A DNA stretch of 64,000 nucleotides from Eledone cirrhosa (GCA_964016885.1 OZ024755.1:21452001-21516000); one strand, 5' to 3'. Positions 11,836 through 26,050 are shown, numbered from the stretch's first letter. Numbers and translations: made by a program. The notes: generated by a model not told the origin, from the letters alone.

Positions 11836-12313
11836 AGCTCTCACTTTTTTTTATCATCAATACAAGACTAAGAAAGAAATTAAAAACATTATCATACTAA
11901 CATATTTAGAGTCAACAGGGTTTTAACAAACAAAACTTTAAGATCATTCAACAAGTTCCCACATTAAGCCCCCAAATTCTCCTTAATGCCGGAAGGCTTG
12001 GTTAAGTGTAACATGTCTCTCCGGAATACTCAGTAGCCACTTGCTCATCGTCTCCACCGACAGAGGTCCAACACACGATTAGTTTCTACACCAAAGGCTG
12101 GAAACCTGTTTTTTATTTTTTTATATTTGAAGAATGAATTGAATTAAATATAATCTAATAAACCCGCGCTAATGCAAATTTTTTTTTTTGTTAAATATAC
12201 GGGGAAATATGATTACGTTTATTGTGAAAATGTAATTATAAATAATAAAGTGAAAAATATAAATTTAAACTGAACTATTAATTACTTTTCTAGGAATACT
12301 GTCGTGAAGAAAG

Positions 12314-12580
12314 GTGGCGAATTGGCAGAGTTGTTAGAACGTAGGGTAGAATGCTTTGTGCTATTTGTTCTGGCTCTCTGCACTCTGAGTTCAAATCATG
12401 CCGAGGTCAACTGTGTGGTATGTGTCTTGATTCACTAAACTCTGAGTTCAAATCATGCTGAGGTCAACTGTGTGGTATGTGTCTTGATTCACTAAACTGA
12501 GTTCAAATCATGCCGCGGTCAACTGTATGGTATTCGACCTGGCTCGTTGAGCTCTGAGTTCCAATCATGCTGAGGTCAAA
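12314..12580 (+). repeat. SINE head followed by about four tandem ~55-57-bp copies of its B-box segment
   Basis: ctctgagttcaaatcatgccgaggtcaactgtgtggtatgtgtcttgattcactaaa is repeated. Confidence 0.75.
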
Positions 12581-13897
12581 TTTGATCCTTGATCTTTCTT
12601 TGGAAGAAATCGGCTGTATTTAAAACAGTAAAAAAAATGTTTAACTCTTTATCTGTACTAATATCATATATTAAGTGTTACCGATCACAGATAATTTAAT
12701 TATTCAATCGTTAACGACATTATATCTAATTACAATCAATTTAAAGTGTTCATTTACTGTATCGTAATGGCCTTTTATCTAAAATGTATTTCATATATTC
12801 ATTTTCTAAATATATATTTTTTTTAACAGATCAACTCCCTTGGTATTTATTTCATCGACTTCAGAATGACGAAAGGTAAAGCCAAACGTAGATAACTAAA
12901 TGTTGTATAGCATTTGTCCGATGCTCTAACGATTCTGACAAATCCACCTCCTAGTATCGATTCTGCTAATATGAAACCTAATATTGATTTCATATAAGGC
13001 CCACACAATTTGAAGGAAGTGTGTTTAGAATATTCGCTCTTATATTTGTAAACAGAATCCAAATGTAGAAGCAATTTCCGTTTATGTAATAATGATCTTT
13101 TTGATTGGCCACAAGGATTCTTCCGTTCATATAATAATGGTTTATGATTTAGGCACAAGGCCAACAATTTAAGTGGAAGGGTAAAGTCGATTAAATCGAC
13201 CTCAGTGTGTTACTGGTACTTCATTTTATCGAGTAAGAATGAAAGGCAAAGCTGACCTCGGTGGGATTTGAACTCTGAACGTAAAGAGCCGGAACTAATA
13301 CTTTATTTATTTATTTATTTACTTATTTATTTACTTATTTATTTATTTATTTATTTACTTATTCATGTCCGTGTAATGGAGATCTCTCGCTTGCCCTTTT
13401 TTTTTCTTTCTAACCCAGCAGGGATTCTTGACGGTCGGCCGACTGTGTAATCACAGTTTAGTTTTAGAAAACGGAAGCTTTGTCCACTCTGAAAAGAAAC
13501 AGACCAACTAATTGTTTATTGTAATTGGTATTGAAGGTAAGTAAATAGATAAACAACAGTGATATTGATGATGGTGGTGGTGGTGATGATAATGGTGGTG
13601 GTATGGAGGTGATAATGACGATGACGACGACAAGGAGGAGGAAATGAAGGGTGGGTGATGTGATTCAGCGTGACACAGAATGAGACGAAGCTGACTCTTT
13701 GAAATAAATACAAGTAAAACTAATTTTATCCAACTGAATGGACTGGAGTAACATGAAATAAAGAGTCTTGTTCAAGGACACAATGTGCCGCAACAAATAG
13801 AAATTATAACTTTACGATCGTGGGCCAAATACCTCCATTTTATACAGCAAACCTCTGATCAGAGTCATACCAAGATATGTATGTTATTTTAGAGATA

Positions 13898-14340
13898 TAC
13901 TAGCAGTTTAGCCCGGCGTTGCTCTGGTTTGTTCATTTGCTATGAAAAGTTACATACAGGTAAACGTGGCTTGAAAGCGAATAAGCTTATCAATTAAGTG
14001 CATAAAGCAGTTGAACCGGTTCTTAAAAGTTACGAACCAATTAGCATTTTAGACAATCAATGATGGGTTAATAATCTTCCAATAACGAATTTAGCAGACC
14101 AAAGTTGCAAGATGGTGGCCCTGATGCCGCTGGGTGTCAGATCTGTCCGCTATGGGTGACCCTACTAGGAAATAGTTTTCCAGACGGTATAGCTCCAACA
14201 TCAAAAGCACCTCCTTTGTAGACGATATTGCGTGTCATCCCTTTATGAGTGTAAGCAAAAAGTCCATCCCTGCTCCCTACGCGGGAACAGGCAACATTTT
14301 CGATTGATATATCTGTTACTTTGGATATATATATATATCT
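13898..14340 (+). mobile_element. Helentron/DINE-1-like non-autonomous element (partial)
   Basis: Terminus atactagcagtttagcccggcgttgctctgg resembles those at 32925 and, inverted, at 37345-37375. Confidence 0.5.
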
Positions 14341-15115
14341 GTTATAAGAGATAGATATATCTGTTATTTTAGAAAGATATATCTGTTATTTCAGAGATGA
14401 TGGTGGTGACGATGATGGTGTTGGTGATGATGGCGATGATGATGGCGAAGGTGGTGACGATGATGGTGTTGGTGATGATGGCGATGATGATGGCGAAGGT
14501 GGTGAAGGTGGTGATGATAGCGATGGTGGTGGTGGTGGTGGTGGCGGTGATGATGGTGGTGGTGATGGTGGCGATGACAAAAGCAGAAAACAGTTCTGAT
14601 AATAGTTCAGAATTTAATTGCTTTTAAATGTGAATCTTCAGCCTGCACATCCATTTTCTATTCTGTTTCATTGTGTCTGGTTCTTTCTTTCTACCCCCCC
14701 CCCCCCGCTTTCCCACACAACTTATACATACATGCATACATAAATATACATATATATATACACACACACATAGATATACACATGAATACACACGTACAAA
14801 TATACACAAACATACATACACACATATACTCACACACACATATGCGTAGATACACACATGACTACACACATATACAAACATGCACAAACACACATACACA
14901 CACAAAACATACATACACGCACACACATGAATACTCACATACACAAAACGTATACACACACAACACATATATACATATATACACATACATATAAACACAC
15001 ACTCACGGCCACAATCGAGTACATTTTAAAAAATGCTTCAAGGTACCAGTAATTAGAATTTTTTTGAGCCGAAATAATTGTTAAAACCAGTGGAACTCTC
15101 ATTGAATCAAGTTGC

Positions 15116-15660
15116 TTAACCCTTTAGCATTTACATTACTTTATAGATACTATTGTATTTTTGTGGTAAAGGCTTTATCTCACATAATTATCTGACATAA
15201 TATGGAATCTATGGGATTTTGATATTATTTATTTTGCGAACAATACCTTTACATCAGTATGAGTCACTAGTTATGACCGATTTGAACTGAAAAAGGTGAG
15301 AGAATTCTGGCCAGATACAGTTATGTTGGTACCACAACATCCAGTCCTAAATAAATGAGGTCGTGTAGGTCTCATGACACAAAAAAAGCACCCAGTCCAT
15401 GCTGTAAAGTGGTCGTGTAGGAGACACGGTAAACACCTCCCAGTCCATACTGTAAACGTGGTTGGTGTTAGGAAGGGCATCCAGCCGTAGAAAACCCGCC
15501 AGACAGTCCCATACGAGCGAGACATCTAATCTTGCCTCAAGTGGGACAATTCCCATCTAAACCCATGCTAGCATGGAAGATAGACGTTAAACGATGATGA
15601 TGATGATACAGCCGGTTTAATCCTTTAGCATTTAAACCGGCTGTATCCGGCCAGAATTCT
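15116..15660. mobile_element. piggyBac-like MITE (TTAA-CCCTTTAGCATT end) interrupted by an RTE-tailed SINE-like insertion (15321-15605)
   Basis: Starts ttaaccctttagcatt and is homologous to 40354-40547. The insertion is flanked by gatacag on both sides and ends in (GAT)n. Confidence 0.65.
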
Positions 15661-15699
15661 TTAGTTTTATCGTATTACAATGTGGAATACACAACTACA

Positions 15700-16052
15700 T
15701 TAAACACAACCACAAGGATATGGTCTGAACATGGAAGAGCCGAACTCCCACTGTCATCGCCTCCATCTCTCTTTATGGTGAGCAAATGGGGTCCCGTGTG
15801 CTGGCCTTCACACAGCCCCGGCGGACAGAATGGAGAAGGCGTTTCCCCGGAGGATGGTAAGGGAGATGCGCCGGAAGAGTCATTCCAACTCACGAGGCTC
15901 ACACATACGGTTAGCCAGCTCAGCACCTATGGTGGTGAGTAGGGAGATAGCCCCTAAGACCAATTTTCACCAGAAGTCTCCACTGCTAAGGACACGACCG
16001 CAAACCTGGTGGAGAGCGACCGATACTTGGAGAGTTTGGCCTCCTCAGCCTT
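15700..16052 (+). repeat. Interspersed repeat, GC-richer; inverted homologue at 58790-59165
   Basis: ggaggatggtaagggagatgcgc...gaggctcacacat is shared with the reverse complement of 58980-59050. Confidence 0.7.
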
Positions 16053-16127
16053 AAAAAGTTGACATTCGATTTCACATAAAGATGTGTTTGTGATGTCTAG
16101 GTTGGTACAACAGCAACAGTTGCAGTA

Positions 16128-17017
16128 ATAATTGTTTCTACTTTTGACACAAGGCCAGCAATTATCACCGTGTATTACTGGTACTCTATTTTATCGAGCC
16201 CGTAAGGATGAAAGGCAAAGTGAACCTCGGAAGATTTGAACTCAGAACGTAAAGGGCCATAACTATGCTGCAAATCATGGTGTCTGACGCTCTAATAACA
16301 GCAACAACAACAGTAGCAACTATAACAACAACAGCAACTACAACAACATGAGCAGCAACAACAAGAACGGCAACAATAACATCAACAACAAGTGACAGCT
16401 GTCGTAATAATTGTTTTTACTTTTGGCACAAGGCAAGCAATTACCTCAGTGCATTATTGTTACTTTATTTTATCGATCTCGTAAGGATGAAAGGCAAAGC
16501 TAACCTCGGCGAGATTTGAACTCAGAACGTAAAGGGCTTTAACTCTATGTTGCAAAACATGGCGTCCGACCCTCTATTGATCATTGACACAGCAGCAACA
16601 ACAGTGGAATGGACCTCAACAGCAACAATAGCAGCAGCAACGGAAACAATAACAACAAACAATAACAGCTGTATGTATGGTCCCGTAACCTCCGAGGGAG
16701 TCGTAGGGGCGTCGTGTTGACATACGGTGTTTCTAGGGGATTTTTTTTTAAAGCTGGCCGTGCCCATCTCCTTTCCAGGTCTGAATACAGCAGATTTCTT
16801 CCTTAGAAGGATAGAGAGAACGAGAGAATGGAAGTGAGAAAGAGATATTGAGGAAGAATCGACTCCAGTACTTGACTGGTACTTTTTTATCGACCTTGAA
16901 TAGATGAAAGGCAAAGTTGACTTCGACAGGATTTGGATTGAGAGATCAGAGAGCCGGAATGAATGCCGCAAAGAATTCTATCCAATGTTCTAACAACTCT
17001 GCCAATTCGCCGCCTTT
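16128..17017 (-). mobile_element. Cluster of three SINE family A copies (16128-16295, 16407-16580, 16855-17017) with (CAA/CAG)n spacers
   Basis: Repeated ttttatcga...gatgaaaggcaaag cores. Confidence 0.75.
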
Positions 17018-17455
17018 AATAACAACAGTAATAACAACTGCAGTGACAACAGTAATAGCAACAGCAGTAGTAACCACAACAGTAACAACAGTTGATGGTG
17101 TTCTGTGAAAAATAAAGTAGGAGTTGTCACCTTTAGGAGAAGAGTGGGAAACTATAGTAAACAACAGCAGTAACAAACAACAACATCATCAATAACAGTA
17201 GCAATAACAGTAGTAACAGCTGTTAAGTGTGGTGAGAGAGAAATTGGGTGTTATCACCTTTAGAAGGAGAGTGGAAAACTGTAGTAAACAAGGCGGAGTA
17301 AAATAAGAAATGTCTTGTTAAATTATTGAGCCTTGAGGCGGGGCAATTAAGAAATTATCAAGTTAGAGAGGCGGCCTAACAGGCCGCATTTCAACTCTAA
17401 TCACTTATTGTATGTTGTGGAAACTGGTTACAGGTCTTTCTCCGTCTTCTCGGTT

Positions 17456-18189
17456 ATGGAACCGTCTCAAATGTTAACAGAAGATAGAACCATATCGCCA
17501 AATGGAGAGACTCCCCAGGTGTTGTTTCAACGTTTATACGAACGAGCCACACAGCTTGGTATAGATGGGCACCATTTATCTAAATTGTCGTGTATTACAG
17601 ATATTAAACCGAAGACAAAGAAAGAGATTGAGGACGAAGAAGAAAGAATTGCTAACGGTGGATTAGCTTTCTCGAGATCTACGAAATTTTTTATGTACGC
17701 ACTTCTATTTCTCTTCGCTTCTATTTTCTGTGTGTTCTTCCTCGACATACCAGTCAGTGGTGAACAAGTAACTGATTTGTGGTTTAGTTTCAACGACTAC
17801 AATTTGTATAGAGAACGATGTCTTATAGATGCCCGTGATACAATCTCGTCGATATTTCGGCCACCAGTGGATTGTAAATTTTGCAGGAATGTCACAAGTG
17901 TTGATAATGTTTCCGGGATTTCGGCTGCCGATTTCGAAAAATATTACGCCTATTCAGGTCGGCCTGTTATTGTTACCGACGGTGCGAAGAACTGGACAGC
18001 AACAGAAGTATTTTCCTTTGAGTTCTTTAAAGGAATTTATGGTCAGGACAGTCCGGCTTTGACTAGTTCGGAACGGAATTGTCAGTTTTTCCCGTACCAA
18101 ACAAAATTTAAGAATTTAGCCGAGGTGTTTGAAATGGATCCTGCTCGAGTGACTCTAACGGATTCTTCGGATCCCTGGTATATTGGGTG
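17456..18189 (+). CDS. Membrane-anchored JmjC/cupin-like protein, exon 1
   Basis: ATG at 17456. Hydrophobic segment FFMYALLFLFASIFCVFFL, RPPVDCKFC, YAYSGRPVIVTDG..NW (JmjC N-terminal motif), CQFFPY, PWYIGW. Donor TG|GTAAGT, phase 2. Confidence 0.88.
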
Positions 18190-19044
18190 GTAAGTGAATT
18201 TTCATTTCTCTCCCTTCTATATGTAAATATATTCTTTTCTTTTTTTCTTTTACTGGCTTCAGTCATTAGACTGCTGCCATGCTGGGGCACTACACTCTTT
18301 TACTGGTTTCAGTCATTAGATAGCAGCCATGCTGGATCACCGCCTTAAAGGGATTTAGTTGATCCTATCAACTCCAGTACTTATTTTAAAGTCTGGTAAT
18401 TATTTTTTCGTTCACTTTTGTTTTTTTAAATACTACAATACGGGACATAAACACCGACATACACAGACACACAGACAATACAAACACAGACACACATAAA
18501 CACAGATACGTACACATGTACATTTTAAATGGGTTGTACCCGAATTAATATAACTGGTTCCTGAGAACTCTACTTTATTAATTAGGGAGTATATCAATTT
18601 TCTTTATATTGTTTTGTTTTAACTCCATTTTCAAAGTTCGGTCCCTCACACACGTATACATACATTACGCACAACTAGTAACTGTATAGTTACCCTTATT
18701 TTATAAACTTCTTTCATTGCATCCCAAATATATAACGTATGCAAGTATACACACACACACAAACATATGTTGTGTGGTTTACGAATGAGTAGATCTGGTC
18801 GTGCCGGTTGATAAATCACAATGTAATAAGTAAAGCACTCTACATTATGTAAATCATCCATCGTACGTGTGGTATCTCTTGGCTGGTGCAGCGATGGAGT
18901 TAAATATTCACACACACACATATGTATATCTTTCTCTAAATTTGTGTGTGTGCTTTCCCCCTCCTGTATCAGCAAATTCTAGGAAGTAATTATCCGAGAC
19001 AAATTGATTACATTCATAAAAGAAAATGACATATTTTCTTATTT

Positions 19045-19120
19045 TGTAAGCATGTCCACAGGTGTTAGACATATGGAATTCAAAAAGGTACCCAGGGTTG
19101 TTGTTGGAAAGATGGTTAAT
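19045..19120 (-). mobile_element. Short CR1-like fragment abutting a SINE family A tail
   Basis: NHLSNNNPGYLFEFHMSNTCGHAYKIRK matches the C-terminus of the CR1 at 1080-1170. Confidence 0.7.
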
Positions 19121-20373
19121 AATTGTTTCTACTTTTGGCACAAGGCCAGCAATTATCCCAGTGTATTACTGGTACTTTATTTTATCAGTAATACACTGAT
19201 GGTTAATAATATGGGTACACAAGCAGTATAATGAGAGAGCACGTAGGCTAATAAAACACCATAACCACCAAGCACCCCAGCGTAGCCACTCTGGTGCTAC
19301 CCTACATGTTCTTTGATGTTGCCATTTAAGATAGATGAAGTCTCTGCCATCTGTAACTGAAGTTTTCTGTAGGAATTCTTCAAAAAATTTAACTTAGTTT
19401 TCATTATGGTGCATAGCTAGAGATAATTGTTGTCATTCTATTCTGAGCTTGATAATTCTCTCACCTTGCCACCTACCCCATCATCATTTACCAATGTGGA
19501 TTTTTGCTGAGGCACCCCGCCATCTCACCTCTTGAACACAGCACACATCCATACATCTCCTCTCAATCATTTCCACAATATACCCAGATCTGTGCCAACA
19601 TTAAGAGTGGCAACCCTGAGATGTGTTACCTGTGGTAATTAGGTCACCTTTTGATGGTAGTTTTCTGTACTTGAAAGTAAATGTGGTTGTGTGATGTTGG
19701 TCAAGGGGTTCTCGCACATGGCTAGTTCGGCAACATAACTACTATGTGCAACACTAACATGATTAATGTTAATCCTCTATACACAATTAGTGTGTATATG
19801 GTAAGTTATGCTTTCCATAATTTGATAGGGTTTTTCTGGTTGAATGCCTTCCTATCACCAACCACTTTACAGAGTGAGCTTGGAACATAGTTTCTATAGT
19901 CGGATGCCCTTCATATCACCACTTTACAGCATGGACTGGGAGTATTCTTCATGCCACCAACACTAGAAACTCTGTCAGTCAGGACTTAAGAGTCCTTTAC
20001 ACCCAGTATCAGCTTTTATTTAGAGTATCTGCTCTCCTAGACAGGTTGCCATCATCATGGCTTATGGAGCCCATGGTTCTATGATATAAAATCACCTATT
20101 TTAAAGGGCCCCTATTTAAACCAAAATCAACATAAATTTATATAAGAGCCATGTGTTAAGTCACTATCTAAGTATAATGAAATAATTAATAATTTGAGTA
20201 AATCCGTCAACATATTTCATTAGAAATACAGTCACAAAAGAGTTAATATATTTTGTAAACAGAGTCTGTGATACAAGTTTAATTCCTCGAAGATCCCAAA
20301 TTGTTAATTAGTTAATTGAAATACAGTTACAACAGGTTAATTCTCATCCTTTTCTTCTTTTTCATTTCTTTAG

Positions 20374-20509
20374 GAGCAACTGTGATATTGTAGCTGGGGG
20401 TGTACTACGTAAACATTATTCTAAGCCCTACTTCCTACCAGAAGTTTCAGAATCCAGTAGAACAGATTGGATCTTCATGGGGACTCCTGGATATGGGGCT
20501 AAAATGCAT
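20374..20509 (+). CDS. JmjC/cupin-like protein, exon 2
   Basis: Long polypyrimidine tract plus tag acceptor. Reads (W)SNCDIVAGGVLRKHYSKPYFLPEVSESSRTDWIFMGTPGYGAKMH. Donor GTATGT, phase 0. Confidence 0.9.
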
Positions 20510-21008
20510 GTATGTATTTCTTTGATATTTTTCATGTTATTTGGATGTTGTTATTGTTGAGTAATCAAAGTTTGTTTTGAAACCAACTCATCATACATGT
20601 AAACATAAACACAAATACACACACACAAACACATATAAACATAAACACATGCATATATTTTGTCTCACACATGTAGATATAAACACAGATAAAGAGACAC
20701 ATACACATACTTATTTTGTACAGTTTCCATTACCAAGTTCCACCTACAAGGGATTGTTTAACTTGGGTCAATAGTAGAAAACACTTAATTTGGGTCAAAC
20801 CCTTTATTAATTCTTTATTCAACTCTTTTGATACCATCCTGACAAAACTGGCTCTAATTCAATACTCCCCCACCCCACCCCACCCCACCCCACACACATT
20901 TAACCCTTTTGGTACCAACCTGGTCAAAACTGGCTCTGATTCAATTAAACAACCCTCCACCCCAAATTTAATAAATACCTTCTAACTTAATTTGTTACAA
21001 ATACTATC

Positions 21009-21236
21009 TTAACTGTTTAGCATTTAAACTGGCCGTATCCAGTCTGAATTTTCTTACCTCTTTCTGTTCTAACTGGTTGTAACTGGCCACTCATACTGAT
21101 GTTAAAGTATTGTTCTTAAAATTAAATAATATCAAAATCTCATAGATTTGAAATTATGTGAGATATTATGCAAGGTAAAGCCTTTACTGAGAAAATATAA
21201 TAGTAAATATAGAGTAATGCAATGCTAAAGGGTTAA
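21009..21236. mobile_element. piggyBac-like MITE
   Basis: Ends ttaactgtttagcatt and aatgctaaagggttaa; inverted homologue of 40354-40547. Confidence 0.65.
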
Positions 21237-21866
21237 TAATATTTTTCTAGCATAGTAACAAGGCCAGCAATTTTGGAAGAGGAAAAAGTTGATTAAATCA
21301 ATCCCAGTACTTTGCTGGTTCCTTATTTTATTGACCCCAGAAGTATGAAAGGCAAATTTTACCTTCGTGGGATTTAAAACTAGAATATAGCGGGGTTTTA
21401 ATGAAAGACTGTGATGTGTTTCATCTGATACACTAACGGTTCTGCCAGCCTACTGCCATTAATAATGAAATAATTAATAATTTTAGTAATCATTAGAAAT
21501 ACTTTGTATGACATTAGAAATATGGTAACAAAAGGGTTAACCATCTTGATACCAACCTGGCCAAAAACCAATTCTGATTCTATGAAACAAACCAACCATA
21601 TTAACATAATTTTATATAAAAAAAACTTTTGTCAAATATCTTAAGAATGAAATATTTTATAATTTTAGGAAATCTCTCCAAATTCTTCATTATTTAATTG
21701 AAATATATCATAGTTTATTAGAAATATGGTAAACAGACCTTAGGTTAGGGATTCCAAACTGTATGTACATCCTGTACCATAAGAAACCACATTAGCAAGA
21801 CATTCTTAAAAACAAAGCAGCACTAAGAGTGCTTCACATTAAAAATGAAAGTTTTTAGAATGTTAA

Positions 21867-22195
21867 GGCACATGGCTTAGTGGTTAGAGCATTGGCCTTG
21901 CAATCGAAAGGTTGTGAGTTCAATTCTCAGACCGGGTGATGTGTTGTTTCCTTGAGTAAGACACTTTATTTCACATTGCTCCAGTTTACTCAGCTGTAGA
22001 AATGAGACTGGTGTCCCTATCATTCCACTGCAAAGTGGTCGTGGAGGTGCCACGTCCAAAAAGCACCCAGCACTCACTGTAAATGAGATTGGTGTTAGGA
22101 AGGGCATCCAGCTGTAGAAATCAAGCCAGAATCAGTTCCCATCCCACCCTTGCAAGCAGGGAAAAAGCGGACGTAAAATGAAATGAAATGAAACA
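21867..22195 (+). mobile_element. tRNA-derived SINE family B with RTE-derived 3' tail
   Basis: A box TGGCTTAGTGG, B box GAGTTCAATTCTC, core ccttgagtaagacactt, tail cccacccttgcaagcagggaaaaagcggacgtaaaatgaaatga. Confidence 0.88.
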
Positions 22196-22537
22196 TTTGA
22201 ATTACCAAACCTATTTTTAGATATTTTCTACTAAAACATTACAGCATGTTAAGAGATGATACTACAAATTCCGCAATGATCTGTCCACTAGTAAAGATAT
22301 TATAAATATTTGAATTAAACCTATTTCTAAAGATATTTTCTGCTAAATCATTACAGTTAGCTCTTTAGTTGTATGTGGGTCATTCAGACCCAATCACTTG
22401 CCTCATTGCCCACTTTATCTTGAAAATTAGTTATTGAACACCTTTCTTATCGGTGAAGGCCGACAAATAATTGATATTGATATTGTTTTATTGATATTGC
22501 TTTATTGATATCACCACTGCTGTCACATCTTTATCAA

Positions 22538-23695
22538 CACCACCACCACAACCATCATCACTCCCAACCACCACCACCACCACAACCATCATCACTCCCA
22601 ACCACCACCACCACCACAACCATCATCACTCCCAACCACAACCATCATCACTCCCAACCACCACCACCACCACAACCATCATCACTCCCAACCACCACCA
22701 CCACCACCACAACCATCATCACTCCCAACCACAACCATCATCACTCCCAACCACCACCACCACCACCACCACCACAACCATCATCACTCCCAACCACCAC
22801 CACCACCACAACCATCATCACTCCCAACCACCACCACCACCACAACCATCATCACTCCCAACCACCACCACCACCACCACCACAACCATCATCACTCCCA
22901 ACCACCACCACCACCACCACAACCATCATCACTCCCAACCACCACCACCACCACAACCATCATCACTCCCAACCACCACCACCACAACTATCATCACTCC
23001 CAACCACCACCACCACCACAACTATCATCACTCCCAACCACCACCACCACCACAACTATCATCACTCCCAACCACCACCACCACCACAACCATCATCACT
23101 CCCAACCACCACCACCACAACTATCATCACTCCCAACCACCACCACAACTATCATCACTCCCAACCACCACCACCACCACAACTATCATCACTCCCAACC
23201 ACCACCACCACCACAACTATCATCACTCCCAACCACCACCACCACCACCACAACCGTCATCACTCCCAACCACCACCACCACCACAACTATCATCACTCC
23301 CAACCACCACCACCACCACAACTATCATCACTCCCAACCACCACCACCACCACAACTATCATCACTCTCAACCACCACCACAACTATCATCACTCCCAAC
23401 CACCACCACAACTATCATCACTCCCAACCACCACCACCACCACAACTATCATCACTCCCAAACACCACCACCACCACAACCATCATCACTCCCAACCACC
23501 ACCACCACTCCCAACCACCACCACCACAACTATCATCACTCCCAACCACCACCACAACCATCATCACTCCCAACCACCACCACCACCATCACTCCCAACC
23601 ACCACCACCACCACCATTCCCATCACCCCTCCAACCACTGCAACCACCACCACCACCACCACAACCATCATCACTCCCTACTACCACCACCACTT
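22538..23695 (+). repeat. Complex (ACC)n-acaaccatcatcactccca minisatellite
   Basis: Fixed core with variable ACC run length; explains the spurious 401-aa ORF. Confidence 0.92.
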
Positions 23696-23822
23696 TACTT
23701 CTATCCATAAACCAATAAACAATTAGCATGTATCGAATCATTACAGAATGTTAAAAGATATTTAATTGAAATAGTGCATTTAATTGAAAGGGTTAATGTG
23801 TTGTGGTTTTCCTTGTATCTAG

Positions 23823-23955
23823 GTTGATAATGTTGGTGAACCATCATGGCAGGCCCAGGTAACAGGCCACAAAAAGTGGCAGCTTGAACCGCCACCAGAG
23901 TGTTACTATGAATGTGTTACTTCCATTGAAGTGGTTGTCAACCCAGGAGAAATAA
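23823..23955 (+). CDS. JmjC/cupin-like protein, exon 3
   Basis: Acceptor ttgtatctAG. Reads VDNVGEPSWQAQVTGHKKWQLEPPPECYYECVTSIEVVVNPGEI. Donor A|GTAAG, phase 1. Confidence 0.9.
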
Positions 23956-24024
23956 GTAAGACATATTTCATTCATAAATTACATTACAAATTAAATGATG
24001 CACACTTAAATACACACTCACATC

Positions 24025-24069
<45 letters not shown>

Positions 24070-24073
<4 letters not shown>

Positions 24074-24340
24074 TTCCTTGAGCAAGACACTTTATTTCAC
24101 ATTGCTCCAGTTTCCTCAGCTGTAGAAATGAGATGATAGGGACTGGGGTCCCTATCATTCCACTGCAAAGTGGTCGTGGAGGTGCCACGTCCAAAAAGCA
24201 CCCAGCACTCACTGTAAATGAGGTTGGTGTTAGGAAGGGCATCCAGCTGTAGAAATCAAGCCAGAATCTGTTCCCGTCCCACCCTTGCAAGCAGGGAAAA
24301 GCGGACGTAAAATGAAATGATGAAATGATGAAATGATGAT
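24070..24340 (+). mobile_element. SINE family B copy, 5'-truncated
   Basis: Near-identical to 21945-22195. Confidence 0.85.
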
Positions 24341-24805
24341 GTGTGTTTGTATTCCGAGTTCAATTGGGGGTAACACAGTAAGTAAGGAACTCAATACATA
24401 GTAGAGTATATACAGTGTTTAATATAGAAATGGCTTCTACAGGACTAGAACTGTTTCATTTGGGGAGGGGGACGCGGCTAGCACTGGATGACACCACCAT
24501 GAGGAAGGACATGCCAGTTAACCGCACCGAACCCCTCTCACAGTGGCACTCCAGTTTCGGAGCTGGGCAACTCCATCAACAGACCCTTCTCAATACAAAA
24601 CCACATGTGACACCACTGTGAGGAGGGACAGGCCAGTTGGCTGCACTGAACCCTTCTTACAGTGGCACAGCAGTTTCTGAGTCAGATACTCTCCACACAG
24701 TGAACCCTTCTCAATACGAAGCCACATTGTGTGAGCCTGGGACTGTGTGGCACCACTATGGGGAGGGACAAGGCTGGATCCTCAATTCAGGTGTTGGATG
24801 CCGTG

Positions 24806-25645
24806 ACACACGTATATATATATGCTTAAATACACACACACATGTATATATATGCTTCACGCACACACACATGTATATATATGCTTCACGCACACACATA
24901 TGTATATATATGCTTCACGCACACACATATGTATATATATGCTTCACGCACACACACATGTATATATATGCTTCACGCACACACATGTATATATATGCTT
25001 CACGCACACACACATGTATATATATGCTTCACGCACACACATATGTATATATATGCTTCACGCACACATGTATGTATATATATGCTTAAATACACACACA
25101 CATGTATATATATGCTTAAATACACACACACATGTATATATATATGCTTCACGCACACACACATGTATATATATGCTTCACGCACACACATATGTATATA
25201 TATGCTTCACGCACACACACATGTATATATATGCTTCACGCACACACACATGTATATATATGCTTCACGCACACACACATGTATATATATGCTTCACGCA
25301 CACACACATGTATATATATGCTTTACGCACACACATATGTATATATATGCTTCACGCACACACATATGTATATATATGCTTAAATACACACACACATGTA
25401 TATATATGCTTCACGCACACACATATGTATATATATGCTTCACGCACACACACATGTATATATATGCTTAAATACACACACACATGTATATATATGCTTC
25501 ACGCACACACATATGTATATATATGCTTCACGCACACACATATGTATATATATGCTCACACACACATGTATGTATATATTTACACATACACATATGTATA
25601 TATATGCTGACACACACACACATGTATATATATATATATATATAT
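24806..25645 (+). repeat. ~27-29-bp minisatellite (atgtatatatatgcttcacgcacacacac)n
   Basis: Direct reading; about 28 units. Confidence 0.92.
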
Positions 25646-25706
25646 TATTGAATTAAGCAACAGGAAGCTGGAAAGTGAAAATTCCTTTAAAGTTTTTATC
25701 CTGCAG

Positions 25707-25758
25707 ACACTATATATATTTCAATGTCCAGTAAGAATCCAGTGACATCATCAAGTGC
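25707..25758 (-). ncRNA. Degenerate type I hammerhead-like motif
   Basis: Minus strand reads gcac-TTGATGA-tgtc...gaca(tt)-GAAA-tatata-TA-gtgt. C3 is replaced by U and stem II is imperfect. Confidence 0.4.
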
Positions 25759-25997
25759 ATTGCATAACAGTTATAAAGGAAATATAGTGAACACAGGTTG
25801 TGTACACGGAGACATTAAATAAAGATAAGAATACTTGATCTGGGGGCAGCTTACGTCCAGCCCTTAAGGCTTCATCCATGCACTGCCAACAGAATCTTGC
25901 ACCAAAGTTGATTGAATTGGAGTGCTTTTCATACTATTGCATTATGGTTAACTACACAGAATAAAAAATTCTGCCCAGTGGTGAACCACCTACTTCA

Positions 25998-26049
<52 letters not shown>

Positions 26050-26050
<1 letters not shown>

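Noticed and set aside
17408-17455. ORF-track start at 17408, and the TTG starts at 4788 and 8225
   Set aside because: These are non-ATG starts from a prokaryote-style caller. The ATGs at 17456 and 8216 and the acceptor at 4797 fit better.
21867-21940. tRNA gene
   Set aside because: It has A and B boxes but no full cloverleaf, and it continues into a SINE body; it is a SINE head.
22505-23710. 401-aa His/Pro/Thr-rich ORF
   Set aside because: It is a stop-free ACC-based minisatellite inside intron 2, with no protein-like complexity.
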